Part shown: positions 55,945 to 64,000 of the stretch, piece after piece
Layout of the letters: each line of letters opens with the position of its first letter
How positions within the stretch are numbered: position 1 is the first letter of the stretch
NCBI GenBank assembly: GCA_964545045.1
Contig: CAZJEN010000019.1
Location: forward strand, 743 to 64,742
Reading direction: 5' to 3'
DNA length: 64,000 bases
Source: an uncultured Lachnospiraceae bacterium
GTDB taxonomy: Bacteria > Bacillota > Clostridia > Lachnospirales > Lachnospiraceae
The notes under the pieces: generated by a model
Told to the model about the DNA's origin: nothing
What the model saw: the letters and a program-made list of their open reading frames with translations, nothing else
Database searches by the model: none
Position numbers and translations under genes: made by a program

Positions 55945-57105
55945 ATGGCTGACAGTAAGCGGGACTACTATGAGGTCCTTGGCGTGTCTAAGACCGCCAC
56001 GGACGATGAAATAAAGAAGGCGTACCGCCAGACGGCAAAGAAGTATCATCCGGATATGAACCCGGGGGATAAGGAAGCGGAGGCGAAGTTTAAGGAGGCT
56101 TCCGAAGCGTATGCGATTTTAAGTGATGCGGAGAAGAGAAGACAGTACGACCAGTTCGGTCACGCAGCCTTTGAACAGGGCGGTGGTGGCGGAGCCGGCG
56201 GCTTTGATTTCTCCGGCATGGATATGGGCGATATCTTCGGCGATATTTTCGGCGATTTATTCGGTGGCGGCAGACGCAGCAGAGGCGGAAATACCGGTCC
56301 GCAGAAGGGAGCCAATGTCCGTACCGGCATTCGTATTACCTTTAACGAGGCGGTATTCGGTACCGAAAAGGAACTGGATTTGAATTTGAAAGATAAATGT
56401 GATACTTGTAGTGGCAGCGGTGCAAAGCCGGGAACCCAGAGCGAGACCTGTTCGAAATGTGGCGGTAAGGGCCAGGTGGTATATACCCAGCAGTCCTTAT
56501 TCGGTATGGTTCGTAATGTGCAGGCTTGTCCGGATTGTCGCGGTACCGGTAAGATTATTAAGGAAAAGTGTCCGGATTGTTACGGCAACGGTTATGTAAC
56601 GAAGCGGAAGAAGATTCAGGTGTCTGTTCCGGCAGGTATCGACCACGGTCAGAGCATCCGTATTCGCGGAAAGGGCGAGCCGGGAGTCAACGGCGGCGAG
56701 CAGGGTGATTTGCTTGTTGAGGTAGCGGTAAGCTCCCATCCGATTTTCCAACGTCAGGAGTACGATATCTACTCTACCGCGCCGATGTCCTTTACTCAGG
56801 CTGCCCTGGGGGGCGATGTGCGTATCAGTACCGTAGACGGCGATGTGTTATATACCATTAAGCCGGGTACCCAGACCGATACGAAGATTCGTCTTCGCGG
56901 TAAGGGTGTTCCGACCCTTCGGAACAAGGATATTCGCGGTGACCATTATGTAACTTTAGTGGTACAGGTACCGTCGAAGCTGACCTCCGAGCAGAAGGAG
57001 CTTCTTGAAAAGTATGCGGAAGCCTCCGGCGAGCGTAACGATGACGGCGGCGATAAGAACGACAGGGGCGGCAAAGGAAAGAAGTCGAAGTTTTTCGGAA
57101 AGTAA
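55945..57105 (+). CDS. dnaJ: Co-chaperone DnaJ
   Basis: J-domain YHPDMNPGD; Gly-rich linker; four CxxCxGxG zinc motifs. Confidence 0.97.
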   Translation: MADSKRDYYEVLGVSKTATDDEIKKAYRQTAKKYHPDMNPGDKEAEAKFKEASEAYAILSDAEKRRQYDQFGHAAFEQGGGGGAGGFDFSGMDMGDIFGDIFGDLFGGGRRSRGGNTGPQKGANVRTGIRITFNEAVFGTEKELDLNLKDKCDTCSGSGAKPGTQSETCSKCGGKGQVVYTQQSLFGMVRNVQACPDCRGTGKIIKEKCPDCYGNGYVTKRKKIQVSVPAGIDHGQSIRIRGKGEPGVNGGEQGDLLVEVAVSSHPIFQRQEYDIYSTAPMSFTQAALGGDVRISTVDGDVLYTIKPGTQTDTKIRLRGKGVPTLRNKDIRGDHYVTLVVQVPSKLTSEQKELLEKYAEASGERNDDGGDKNDRGGKGKKSKFFGK

Positions 57106-57115
57106 AAAGAAAATC

Positions 57116-57155
57116 GGAACCGGGAGAAGACGAACTTTCCCGGTTCTTTTCTTTT
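57116..57155 (+). terminator. Rho-independent terminator after dnaJ
   Basis: GGAACCGGGA ... TCCCGGTTC followed by TTTTCTTTTG. Confidence 0.75.
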
Positions 57156-57268
57156 GGCGGAAGAGGTTGGAATCCGGCGCCGTGAAATGTGTTTTGATTG
57201 AATAGTTGGAGGAAGTATGGTATACTAACCACAAAACGGCATTTCGGAAAAGATAAAGGAGACAGACT

Positions 57269-58270
57269 ATGAAGTGGATTAAGATGGAGATGAAGACAAC
57301 CACGGAGGCAGTAGATTTAGTGAGTGTGATGCTTGCCGACCTTGGCGTGGAAGGAATCGAAATTTCGGATTTTGTTCCGCTTTCCGAGGAGGACAAGCAG
57401 AAGATGTTTATTGATATTTTGCCGGAGCTTCCGGAGGACGACGGCAGCGCGGTGGTAAATTTTTATTTGGATACCGATACGGATATCGAGGCGTTAAAGG
57501 CGAACATTGCGGTAGAACTTTCCGAACTTCGTCAGTTTGTGGATGTGGGAAGCGGCGAGCTTTCTGTATCCGAAACTGAGGATAAGGACTGGATTAACAA
57601 CTGGAAGGAGTTCTTTAAGCCGTTCCGTGTGGATGACAGCATTGTGATTAAGCCGACCTGGGAAGAGTTGACGGAGAAAAAGGACGGTGACCTTGTGGTG
57701 GAAATCGATCCGGGCACTGCTTTCGGTACCGGTGCTCACGAGACCACAAAGCTTTGTATCTGGAACTTAAAGAAGTATTTAAAGAAGGGTGACACTGTAT
57801 TTGATGTAGGTTGCGGAAGCGGTATTCTCTCCATCATCTCCATGATGTTAGGTGCGGATTATGCGGCGGCCGTGGATATCGATCCGATTGCGGTAGGCGT
57901 AACCGCGGAGAATGCGGAAGTGAATAAGCTGGCGGCTACGGTATGTGAAAAGGACGAGAAGGGCCTGCCGGTATTTACCGGAAAGAGCGGTCTGATTGAA
58001 GTGTCTGACGGAAATGTTATCGGAGATGCAGCGATGCGCGAAGCGGTCGGTCTCGGAAAATACGATATCGTGGTAGCAAATATTTTGGCCGATGTGATTA
58101 TTCCGTTGTCCGGTGTGGCTCGTGAGTTTATGAAGCCGGGAGCCTTGTTTATCAGCTCCGGTATCATTAACATGAAGCAGGAAGCGGTAGAAGCGGCATT
58201 AAAGGAAAACGGTTTTGAAATCGTGGAGATTGTAACCCAGGGAGATTGGGTGTCTATCGTGGCGAAGTAG
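57269..58270 (+). CDS. prmA: Ribosomal protein L11 methyltransferase
   Basis: FGTGAHETT and DVGCGSGILS motifs; conserved position after dnaJ. Confidence 0.9.
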   Translation: MKWIKMEMKTTTEAVDLVSVMLADLGVEGIEISDFVPLSEEDKQKMFIDILPELPEDDGSAVVNFYLDTDTDIEALKANIAVELSELRQFVDVGSGELSVSETEDKDWINNWKEFFKPFRVDDSIVIKPTWEELTEKKDGDLVVEIDPGTAFGTGAHETTKLCIWNLKKYLKKGDTVFDVGCGSGILSIISMMLGADYAAAVDIDPIAVGVTAENAEVNKLAATVCEKDEKGLPVFTGKSGLIEVSDGNVIGDAAMREAVGLGKYDIVVANILADVIIPLSGVAREFMKPGALFISSGIINMKQEAVEAALKENGFEIVEIVTQGDWVSIVAK

Positions 58271-58284
58271 CAGAAAGGAAAACT

Positions 58285-59031
58285 ATGTATCGTTTTTATA
58301 TCGAACCGTCCCAAAAGCAGGGCGATACCATTGAGATTATCGGGGAAGATGTCAATCATATCAAAAATGTGCTTCGCATGAAAAACGGCGAGAAGTTTAT
58401 TTTGTGCGACGGTGCCGGTACGGACTATTTGTGCGAGCTTGCAGGAAGCAGAGAACGCAATTTGGTTGCTACAATTTTGGAAGAGAAGCAGTCTGATACG
58501 GAGCTTCCTGTGCGCTTGGTGTTGTATCAGGGACTGCCGAAAAAGGATAAGATGGAACTGATTATTCAGAAGGCGGTGGAACTGGGGGCGGCAGAGATTG
58601 TGCCGGTAGTGACAAAGCGTACCATCGTAAAGACCGAGGGCGGTAAAGAAGAAAAGAAGCTGGCTCGTTGGCAGGCTATTGCCGAGAGTGCGGCAAAGCA
58701 GTCCGGGCGTGGCATAATTCCGACAGTGGCACCGATACATACCTGGAAAGAAGCACTTGCGTCCATGGAGAATTTAGACTATAATGTAATTCTGTATGAA
58801 AACGCGGAGGGCATGAAGCCGACGGCGGAGTGCTTGAAAGTAGCGGGACAGAAAGGAAGCATCGGTATCTTCGTGGGACCGGAAGGCGGTTTTACGGAGG
58901 ATGAGGTGGCGCAGTGTACAGAACACGGTGCAGAGCGTCTTTCCCTCGGAAAGCGGATTTTACGAACGGAGACGGCGGGACTTGCTATGCTGTCTATGCT
59001 GATGCTGTCGATTGAGTGTAACGAAGAATAG
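58285..59031 (+). CDS. rsmE: 16S rRNA (uracil1498-N3)-methyltransferase
   Basis: MYRFYIEP start; FVGPEGGFTEDE and LGKRILRTETA motifs. Confidence 0.88.
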   Translation: MYRFYIEPSQKQGDTIEIIGEDVNHIKNVLRMKNGEKFILCDGAGTDYLCELAGSRERNLVATILEEKQSDTELPVRLVLYQGLPKKDKMELIIQKAVELGAAEIVPVVTKRTIVKTEGGKEEKKLARWQAIAESAAKQSGRGIIPTVAPIHTWKEALASMENLDYNVILYENAEGMKPTAECLKVAGQKGSIGIFVGPEGGFTEDEVAQCTEHGAERLSLGKRILRTETAGLAMLSMLMLSIECNEE

Positions 59032-59039
59032 GAGATTTC

Positions 59040-60239
59040 ATGGAAGCGTATTTGGATAATTCGGCCACAACTAAAATCAATGATGATGTACTGGCTTTGA
59101 TGGAGCGGGTATATCGGGAAGATTTCGGGAATCCGTCTTCCCGCCATAAAAAGGGCATGGAAGCGGAGCGTTATATTAAGACGGCAAAGGAGCAGATTGC
59201 AGCGACCTTAAAGTGTAAGCCGGAGGAGATTTTCTTTACATCCGGCGGTACTGAGTCCAACAATATGGCCTTGATCGGTACGGCTCTTGCCAATAAGCGC
59301 AGTGGTATGCATATTATTACCACGTCTTTCGAGCATCCGTCGGTGTATGAGCCGATGTTCTTCCTAGAGGAGTTAGGCTTTCGAGTGACTTATCTGGCTC
59401 CGGGACCTGAGGGTACGGTTACGGTAGATGCGTTAAAGGAAGCTCTTTGCGAGGATACGATTTTGGTATCGGTAATGGCCGTGAACAACGAAGTGGGTGC
59501 AGTGCAGGATATTACGGCACTGGGAGCTGCGGTAAAGGAGTACAACCCGGCTATATTGTTCCATGTGGATGCCATTCAGGCCTACGGAAAGTTCCGGATT
59601 TATCCGAAACGGCAGAATATTGATTTACTTTCGGTCAGTGCCCATAAGCTTCACGGACCGAAGGGCTGCGGATTTTTATATGTAAAAGAAAAGACAAAGA
59701 TTAAGCCGATTCTTCACGGCGGCGGCCAGCAGAAAGGCATGCGGTCCGGTACGGAAAATGTACCGGGAGTTGCGGGGCTTGGTCTGGCGGCAGAGCTTGC
59801 ATGCAAGGAGATTGAAAGTTTACAGGAGCACTTGTTTGAGCTGAAGAAGTATTTTGCGGAAGGAATTGCGGAGATACCGGATGTGACAGTGCACTTGGTG
59901 GATAACAAGGATGGGGCACCGATAGATGTTACGGAACGGGAAGCTAGACTGAGAAAGACAGCACCGCACATTATGAGTGTGGGTTTTGCGGGCGTGCGTA
60001 GTGAAGTATTGCTTCACGCATTGGAGGAAAAAGGAATTTACGTATCCTCCGGTTCGGCTTGCTCGTCCAACCATCCGGCAGTCAGCGGAACGCTAAAAGC
60101 AATTGATGTAAGGAAAGAATTACTGGACGCTACGGTGCGGTTCAGTTTTTGTAAGGATACGACAAAAGAGGAGCTGGAGTATACTTTGACGGTGTTAAAG
60201 GAGTTGTTACCGCAGCTTCGTAGATTTTGGCGGAAGTAA
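59040..60239 (+). CDS. Cysteine desulfurase (NifS/IscS-type)
   Basis: PLP-lysine region SAHKLHGPKG; SSGSACSS active-site Cys loop; adjacent to thiI. Confidence 0.88.
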   Translation: MEAYLDNSATTKINDDVLALMERVYREDFGNPSSRHKKGMEAERYIKTAKEQIAATLKCKPEEIFFTSGGTESNNMALIGTALANKRSGMHIITTSFEHPSVYEPMFFLEELGFRVTYLAPGPEGTVTVDALKEALCEDTILVSVMAVNNEVGAVQDITALGAAVKEYNPAILFHVDAIQAYGKFRIYPKRQNIDLLSVSAHKLHGPKGCGFLYVKEKTKIKPILHGGGQQKGMRSGTENVPGVAGLGLAAELACKEIESLQEHLFELKKYFAEGIAEIPDVTVHLVDNKDGAPIDVTEREARLRKTAPHIMSVGFAGVRSEVLLHALEEKGIYVSSGSACSSNHPAVSGTLKAIDVRKELLDATVRFSFCKDTTKEELEYTLTVLKELLPQLRRFWRK

Positions 60240-60329
60240 GAAAAGGAACGTGAGAGTGACGGTTCGGCGAATGAGAGCCGCACGACAGAGCTTGCCGAAA
60301 GGACGGCAGAGAGAAAATTGGAGGATAAT

Positions 60330-61508
60330 ATGTATCAGGCTTTTTTGGTAAAGTACGGTGAAATCGGATTAAAGGGAAGCAATCGCCACATTTTTGAGAA
60401 TGCATTAAAGAACCGAATTATGGACAGCTTGCGTCCGCTCGGCGAGTACACGGTTGTTCGTGAGCAGGGAAGAATTTTTGTGGAGTGTCCGCAGGGCTAT
60501 GACTACGAAGATACGGTAGAAGCGCTGGGACGTGTATTTGGTGTCATCGGATTTTGTCCGGTAAAGGTGGTGGATACCACGGAATGGGAGACGGTAAAGC
60601 AGGCTGTGGGCGATTTTGTAGAGGAGATGTATCCGCAGAAGAACTTTACCTTTAAGATGGCGGCAAAGCGTGCGGATAAGCAGTATCCGTTGACTTCTCC
60701 GGAGATTTGCGCAAACATGGGAGAATATTTATTGTCCCGTTTTTCCGAATTGTCTGTGGATGTACATGACCCGCAGGAAGTGATTACTGTAGAAATCAGA
60801 AACCGTGCATATATTTACTCCAAGGTTCTGGCAGGACCGGGCGGAATGCCGGTAGGCACTGCAGGAAAGGCAATGCTTTTGTTGTCCGGCGGTATCGACA
60901 GTCCGGTGGCAGGCTATATGATTTCTAAGCGCGGTGTGGCACTGGAGGCAACCTATTTTCATGCGCCGCCTTACACCAGCGACCGTGCAAAGGAAAAAGT
61001 TGTGGATTTGGCAAGAATCGTCAGCCGTTATACCGGCCCGATTCGCCTGAATGTAGTAAACTTTACGGATATTCAGTTGGCAATTTACGAGAAGTGTCCG
61101 CATGAACAATTGACCATTATTATGCGCCGTTATATGATGCGTATTGCGGAGCATTTTGCAAATAAGAGCGACTGTCTCGGGTTGATTACCGGTGAAAGTA
61201 TCGGTCAGGTGGCAAGCCAGACCATGCACAGCTTGCTGACCACCAATGCGGTATGTGAGCTTCCGGTATTCCGTCCGCTTATCGGTATGGACAAAGTAGA
61301 AATCATTGACATTGCACAGAAAATCGGCACCTTTGAGACCTCTATCTTACCGTATGAGGACTGCTGTACCATTTTCGTGGCAAAGCACCCGGTAACGAAG
61401 CCGATTTTGTCTGCAATTGAGAAGTCTGAGGAGTTACTTGCGGATGTCATTGATGATTTGATGAAGGAAGCAATCGAGACGACGGAAGTAATCGAAGTGA
61501 GAGCGTAA
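60330..61508 (+). CDS. thiI: tRNA 4-thiouridine synthase ThiI
   Basis: ATG 60330 after GGAGG; KYGEIGLKG THUMP-type N-terminus; PP-loop LLSGGIDSPVA. Confidence 0.9.
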   Translation: MYQAFLVKYGEIGLKGSNRHIFENALKNRIMDSLRPLGEYTVVREQGRIFVECPQGYDYEDTVEALGRVFGVIGFCPVKVVDTTEWETVKQAVGDFVEEMYPQKNFTFKMAAKRADKQYPLTSPEICANMGEYLLSRFSELSVDVHDPQEVITVEIRNRAYIYSKVLAGPGGMPVGTAGKAMLLLSGGIDSPVAGYMISKRGVALEATYFHAPPYTSDRAKEKVVDLARIVSRYTGPIRLNVVNFTDIQLAIYEKCPHEQLTIIMRRYMMRIAEHFANKSDCLGLITGESIGQVASQTMHSLLTTNAVCELPVFRPLIGMDKVEIIDIAQKIGTFETSILPYEDCCTIFVAKHPVTKPILSAIEKSEELLADVIDDLMKEAIETTEVIEVRA

Positions 61509-61587
61509 GTTATGAGGTTTTGAGAAAGCGGAGAGAAACTTTGATAACAGAGTAATTACCGATTTCCTTTTATGACAAAGAAGGGAG

Positions 61588-61852
61588 AAAATTGATTTTG
61601 TAATAAGAAGGTATGTGTGTATAGTATATTTTTGAATTTGTGTAGGATGTTAGACTTTCTTATTGCTTCGATGGCTGTCAACAATTTCCGGACACGGATG
61701 TCCGGAAAAGACGTGCACGCGGCACGGATGGCGCGTAAGCGTCGGTTGTAGGAAATTGAGGAAAGTTTTGACCGAAGCAATTAGAAAGACTTATATCCGG
61801 AACCCATGAACAAAATATATTATACACACATACCTTCGAATAAATCAATTTT
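61588..61852. repeat. 265-bp near-continuous palindrome D between convergent genes (MITE-like or large hairpin RNA)
   Basis: ~83-bp arms share AAAATTGATTT, GAAGGTATGTGTGTATA, TATATTTT, CTTTCT and ATTGCTTCG in inverted orientation. The ~100-bp GC-rich centre contains CCGGACACGGATGTCCGG. Confidence 0.7.
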
Positions 61853-61860
61853 GCCCTGAT

Positions 61861-61894
61861 GGAAACAAAAGAAAGAGGATACGTTTGTATCCTC
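61861..61894 (-). terminator. Rho-independent terminator of the HPr-like gene
   Basis: Minus strand GAGGATAC-AAAC-GTATCCTC followed by UUUCUUUUGUUUCC. Confidence 0.7.
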
Positions 61895-61923
61895 CCCAGT
61901 TTGTAACAATACCTTTTATTTGA

Positions 61924-62157
61924 TTACTCAACGATGTACGGTGCTAAAACAGCAAGAACAGCGTCTAAGTTGTCCTGAGCATGAACATTTAAGTCGATCG
62001 GCTTAGAAAGGTCCAAGCTGAAAATACCCATGATGGACTTTGCATCGATAACATATCTTCCGGAAACTAAATCAAAATCGGAATCGAACTTGGTGATCTC
62101 GTTAACGAAAGCCTTTACCTTGTCGATAGAATTTAAGGAAATTTTTACGGTCTTCAT
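61924..62157 (-). CDS. HPr-family-like small protein lacking the canonical His15 region
   Basis: 77 aa; IDAKSIMGIFSLDL resembles the HPr Ser46 region; no GLHARPA-type N-terminal motif. Confidence 0.65.
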   Translation of the reverse strand: MKTVKISLNSIDKVKAFVNEITKFDSDFDLVSGRYVIDAKSIMGIFSLDLSKPIDLNVHAQDNLDAVLAVLAPYIVE

Positions 62158-62327
62158 AATAGTACTCCTCCTTCTTTGTTGATCAAGACGCTTATGAATT
62201 AAGCATCTTTATACTTATATAGTACCGTTTGCTGATAAAAATGTCAATATACAAATGTGATAAAAAAGTTAGTTAATTTTGTTGTAAAATATAAAAATGT
62301 ACGAAAACTCGGGAAAGGAACGATGGA

Positions 62328-63731
62328 ATGAACAATAAAAAGCATATCATGGAAGGAAAAAAGGTGGCTTTTTTAACCTTGGGTTGTAAAGTGAATTCCT
62401 ATGAGACGGAAGGTATGCGTGAACTGTATATAAAAGCGGGTGCCGTTGAAACCGAGTTTAGCGAAGTGGCGGATATTTATGTAGTAAATACCTGTTCCGT
62501 CACCAATATGGCAGACCGGAAATCCAGACAAATGCTGCATCGTGCAAAGAAAAAGAATCCGGATGCACTGGTGGTGGCAGCGGGGTGTTATGCTCAGGCG
62601 GCGGGGGAGAAGCTTTCGGTGCAGGAGGGTATCGATTTAGTTGTGGGTAACAATCAAAAGGCCCGGATTGTAGAACTGACGGAGGAGGCTTTGGCTAAGA
62701 AGGAAGAGCGTCTTTGCGCATTGCTTGATATCGGAAAAGAGAAGGAATACGAGGAATTACCGATTGAGACGGTAACGGAGCGGACCAGAGCCTATATTAA
62801 AATTGAGGACGGCTGTAACCAGTTTTGCAGCTACTGTATTATTCCTTATGTGAGAGGAAGAGTGCGTTCCCGGGGAGAAGAGGAAGTTTTGACGGAAATT
62901 ACCCGGTTGGCGAAGGCCGGTTATAAGGAAGTGGTGTTGACCGGAATTCATTTGTCGTCCTATGGTCTGGAAAAAGAAAAAAATGAGCTAAGGGCTTCAG
63001 AGTTTGACCGGACTTTGGCGGAGAAAACAGCCAAAGAACTGCCGTTGTTGCAATTGCTTCGTCAGGTGCAGGAAATCGAAGGAATTGAGCGGATTCGCCT
63101 CGGCTCCTTAGAACCACGCATTATGACGGAGGAGTTTGTACGGGAGCTGTCTTTGCTGTCAAAGATTTGTCCGCATTTCCATTTGTCGTTGCAGAGCGGT
63201 TGTGATGCCACCTTAAAGCGCATGAACCGTAAGTACACTACGGCGGAATACGCACAGGCAGTGGAGTATCTGCGCCGTTATTTTGACAGACCGGCCATTA
63301 CCACGGATATTATTGTGGGATTTCCGGGAGAGACGGAAGAAGAGTTCGAAGAGACGTTAAGATTTGCGGAAAAGATTGCCTTTTCCCAGATTCACATTTT
63401 TAAGTATTCCAGACGAGGAGGAACAGTGGCAGATCGGATGGAGCATCAGGTGCCGGAGCCGGTAAAGTCGGAGCGGAGTGATGTGCTGGAGCAACTGGAA
63501 CAAAAGATGCGGGAGGCGTATATTTCCGGATTTGCCGGAGTGGAAGAAGCCGTTCTTTTGGAGGAAGAGACCGAAGCGGACGGAACGGCATATATGGTGG
63601 GACATACTACCCGTTATGTGAAGGTTTTTGTACCGACAGCAGAGGAAACGGTACAACCGAACGAAACTGTCCGGGTAAGAATTTCGGATGTGCGCCTGAC
63701 GGACGGAATCAAGGCGGAAAGAATCGGATAA
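62328..63731 (+). CDS. mtaB: tRNA t6A37 methylthiotransferase MtaB
   Basis: VAFLTLGCKVNSYE N-terminal domain; radical SAM CNQFCSYC; TRAM-like C-terminus. Confidence 0.9.
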   Translation: MNNKKHIMEGKKVAFLTLGCKVNSYETEGMRELYIKAGAVETEFSEVADIYVVNTCSVTNMADRKSRQMLHRAKKKNPDALVVAAGCYAQAAGEKLSVQEGIDLVVGNNQKARIVELTEEALAKKEERLCALLDIGKEKEYEELPIETVTERTRAYIKIEDGCNQFCSYCIIPYVRGRVRSRGEEEVLTEITRLAKAGYKEVVLTGIHLSSYGLEKEKNELRASEFDRTLAEKTAKELPLLQLLRQVQEIEGIERIRLGSLEPRIMTEEFVRELSLLSKICPHFHLSLQSGCDATLKRMNRKYTTAEYAQAVEYLRRYFDRPAITTDIIVGFPGETEEEFEETLRFAEKIAFSQIHIFKYSRRGGTVADRMEHQVPEPVKSERSDVLEQLEQKMREAYISGFAGVEEAVLLEEETEADGTAYMVGHTTRYVKVFVPTAEETVQPNETVRVRISDVRLTDGIKAERIG

Positions 63732-63860
63732 ACGGTATTTGTATACGGAAGAGAATACGTAAATTTCTCTGAAAAGGATTGAAATTTTCCCGGAAATATA
63801 TTATGATGGATAATAATGGACAGAGTGCGACATTGATTGAACGGAGGAGCGTGTAAACTT

Positions 63861-64000
63861 ATGCAGGAGACGAATCACACACAGTTTTTTAAAGTGGAAA
63901 AGAATATGATGCCGGATGTGCATGAGATTTTGACTACGGTTCATCGTGCGCTCACGGAGCAGGGATATAATCCGGTAAATCAGATTGTCGGTTATATTAT
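63861..64000 (+). CDS. IreB/UPF0297 family protein (3' end beyond the window)
   Basis: ATG after GGAGGAG; ...ALTEQGYNPVNQIVGYI matches the conserved GYNPINQIVGYL core. Confidence 0.7.
   Translation, partial: MQETNHTQFFKVEKNMMPDVHEILTTVHRALTEQGYNPVNQIVGYI

Noticed and set aside
57859-58740. 293-aa ORF on the minus strand
   Set aside because: It is antisense to prmA and rsmE, both strongly recognisable. It shows no motif and no RBS.

Overview
This 64-kb window looks like a chromosomal segment of a spore-forming Firmicute, probably Clostridia and Lachnospiraceae-like; that placement is inferred from gene content only. I recognised no rRNA, tRNA, CRISPR array, transposase or integrase.

Left half (1-38 kb): carbohydrate-utilisation genes (FGGY kinase, GH5, GH2, and a divergent CE15 + GH115 glucuronoxylan pair). 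It also holds three tandem paralogous lipoproteins, an ABC-F ATPase behind a ~435-nt leader, c-di-GMP proteins (AraC-GGDEF, 7TM-HD-GYP) and Pit plus a DUF47 protein. Further genes are a DUF368 protein, a lone Na+-decarboxylase beta subunit with an unlisted 46-aa OadG-like ORF and a terminator-containing leader, a sensor kinase lacking its ATPase domain, and a HigB/HigA/SecB-like toxin-antitoxin-chaperone operon.

Right half: the conserved block lepA-hemW-hrcA-grpE-dnaK-dnaJ-prmA-rsmE...mtaB. Between hemW and hrcA it is interrupted by an accessory island bounded by two ~300-bp direct repeats. Each repeat looks like a complete type I toxin-antitoxin-like module: a 35-aa hydrophobic peptide, an anti-SD 5' UTR, and a convergent ~95-nt sRNA.

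The island carries the most interesting candidate, an XRE-controlled, translationally coupled three-gene operon:
- a methyltransferase-like protein with a degenerate catalytic motif;
- an NPPY N6-adenine methyltransferase;
- a 978-aa protein with GIY-YIG/T5orf172-like, SF2 helicase and PcrA/UvrD-Tudor-like modules.
I cannot assign this trio to a characterised restriction-modification or defence family.

Several long GC-rich extragenic palindromes are also present at 134-247, 6622-6752, 14243-14414 and 61588-61852. All domain calls come from motifs read by eye; no searches were run.
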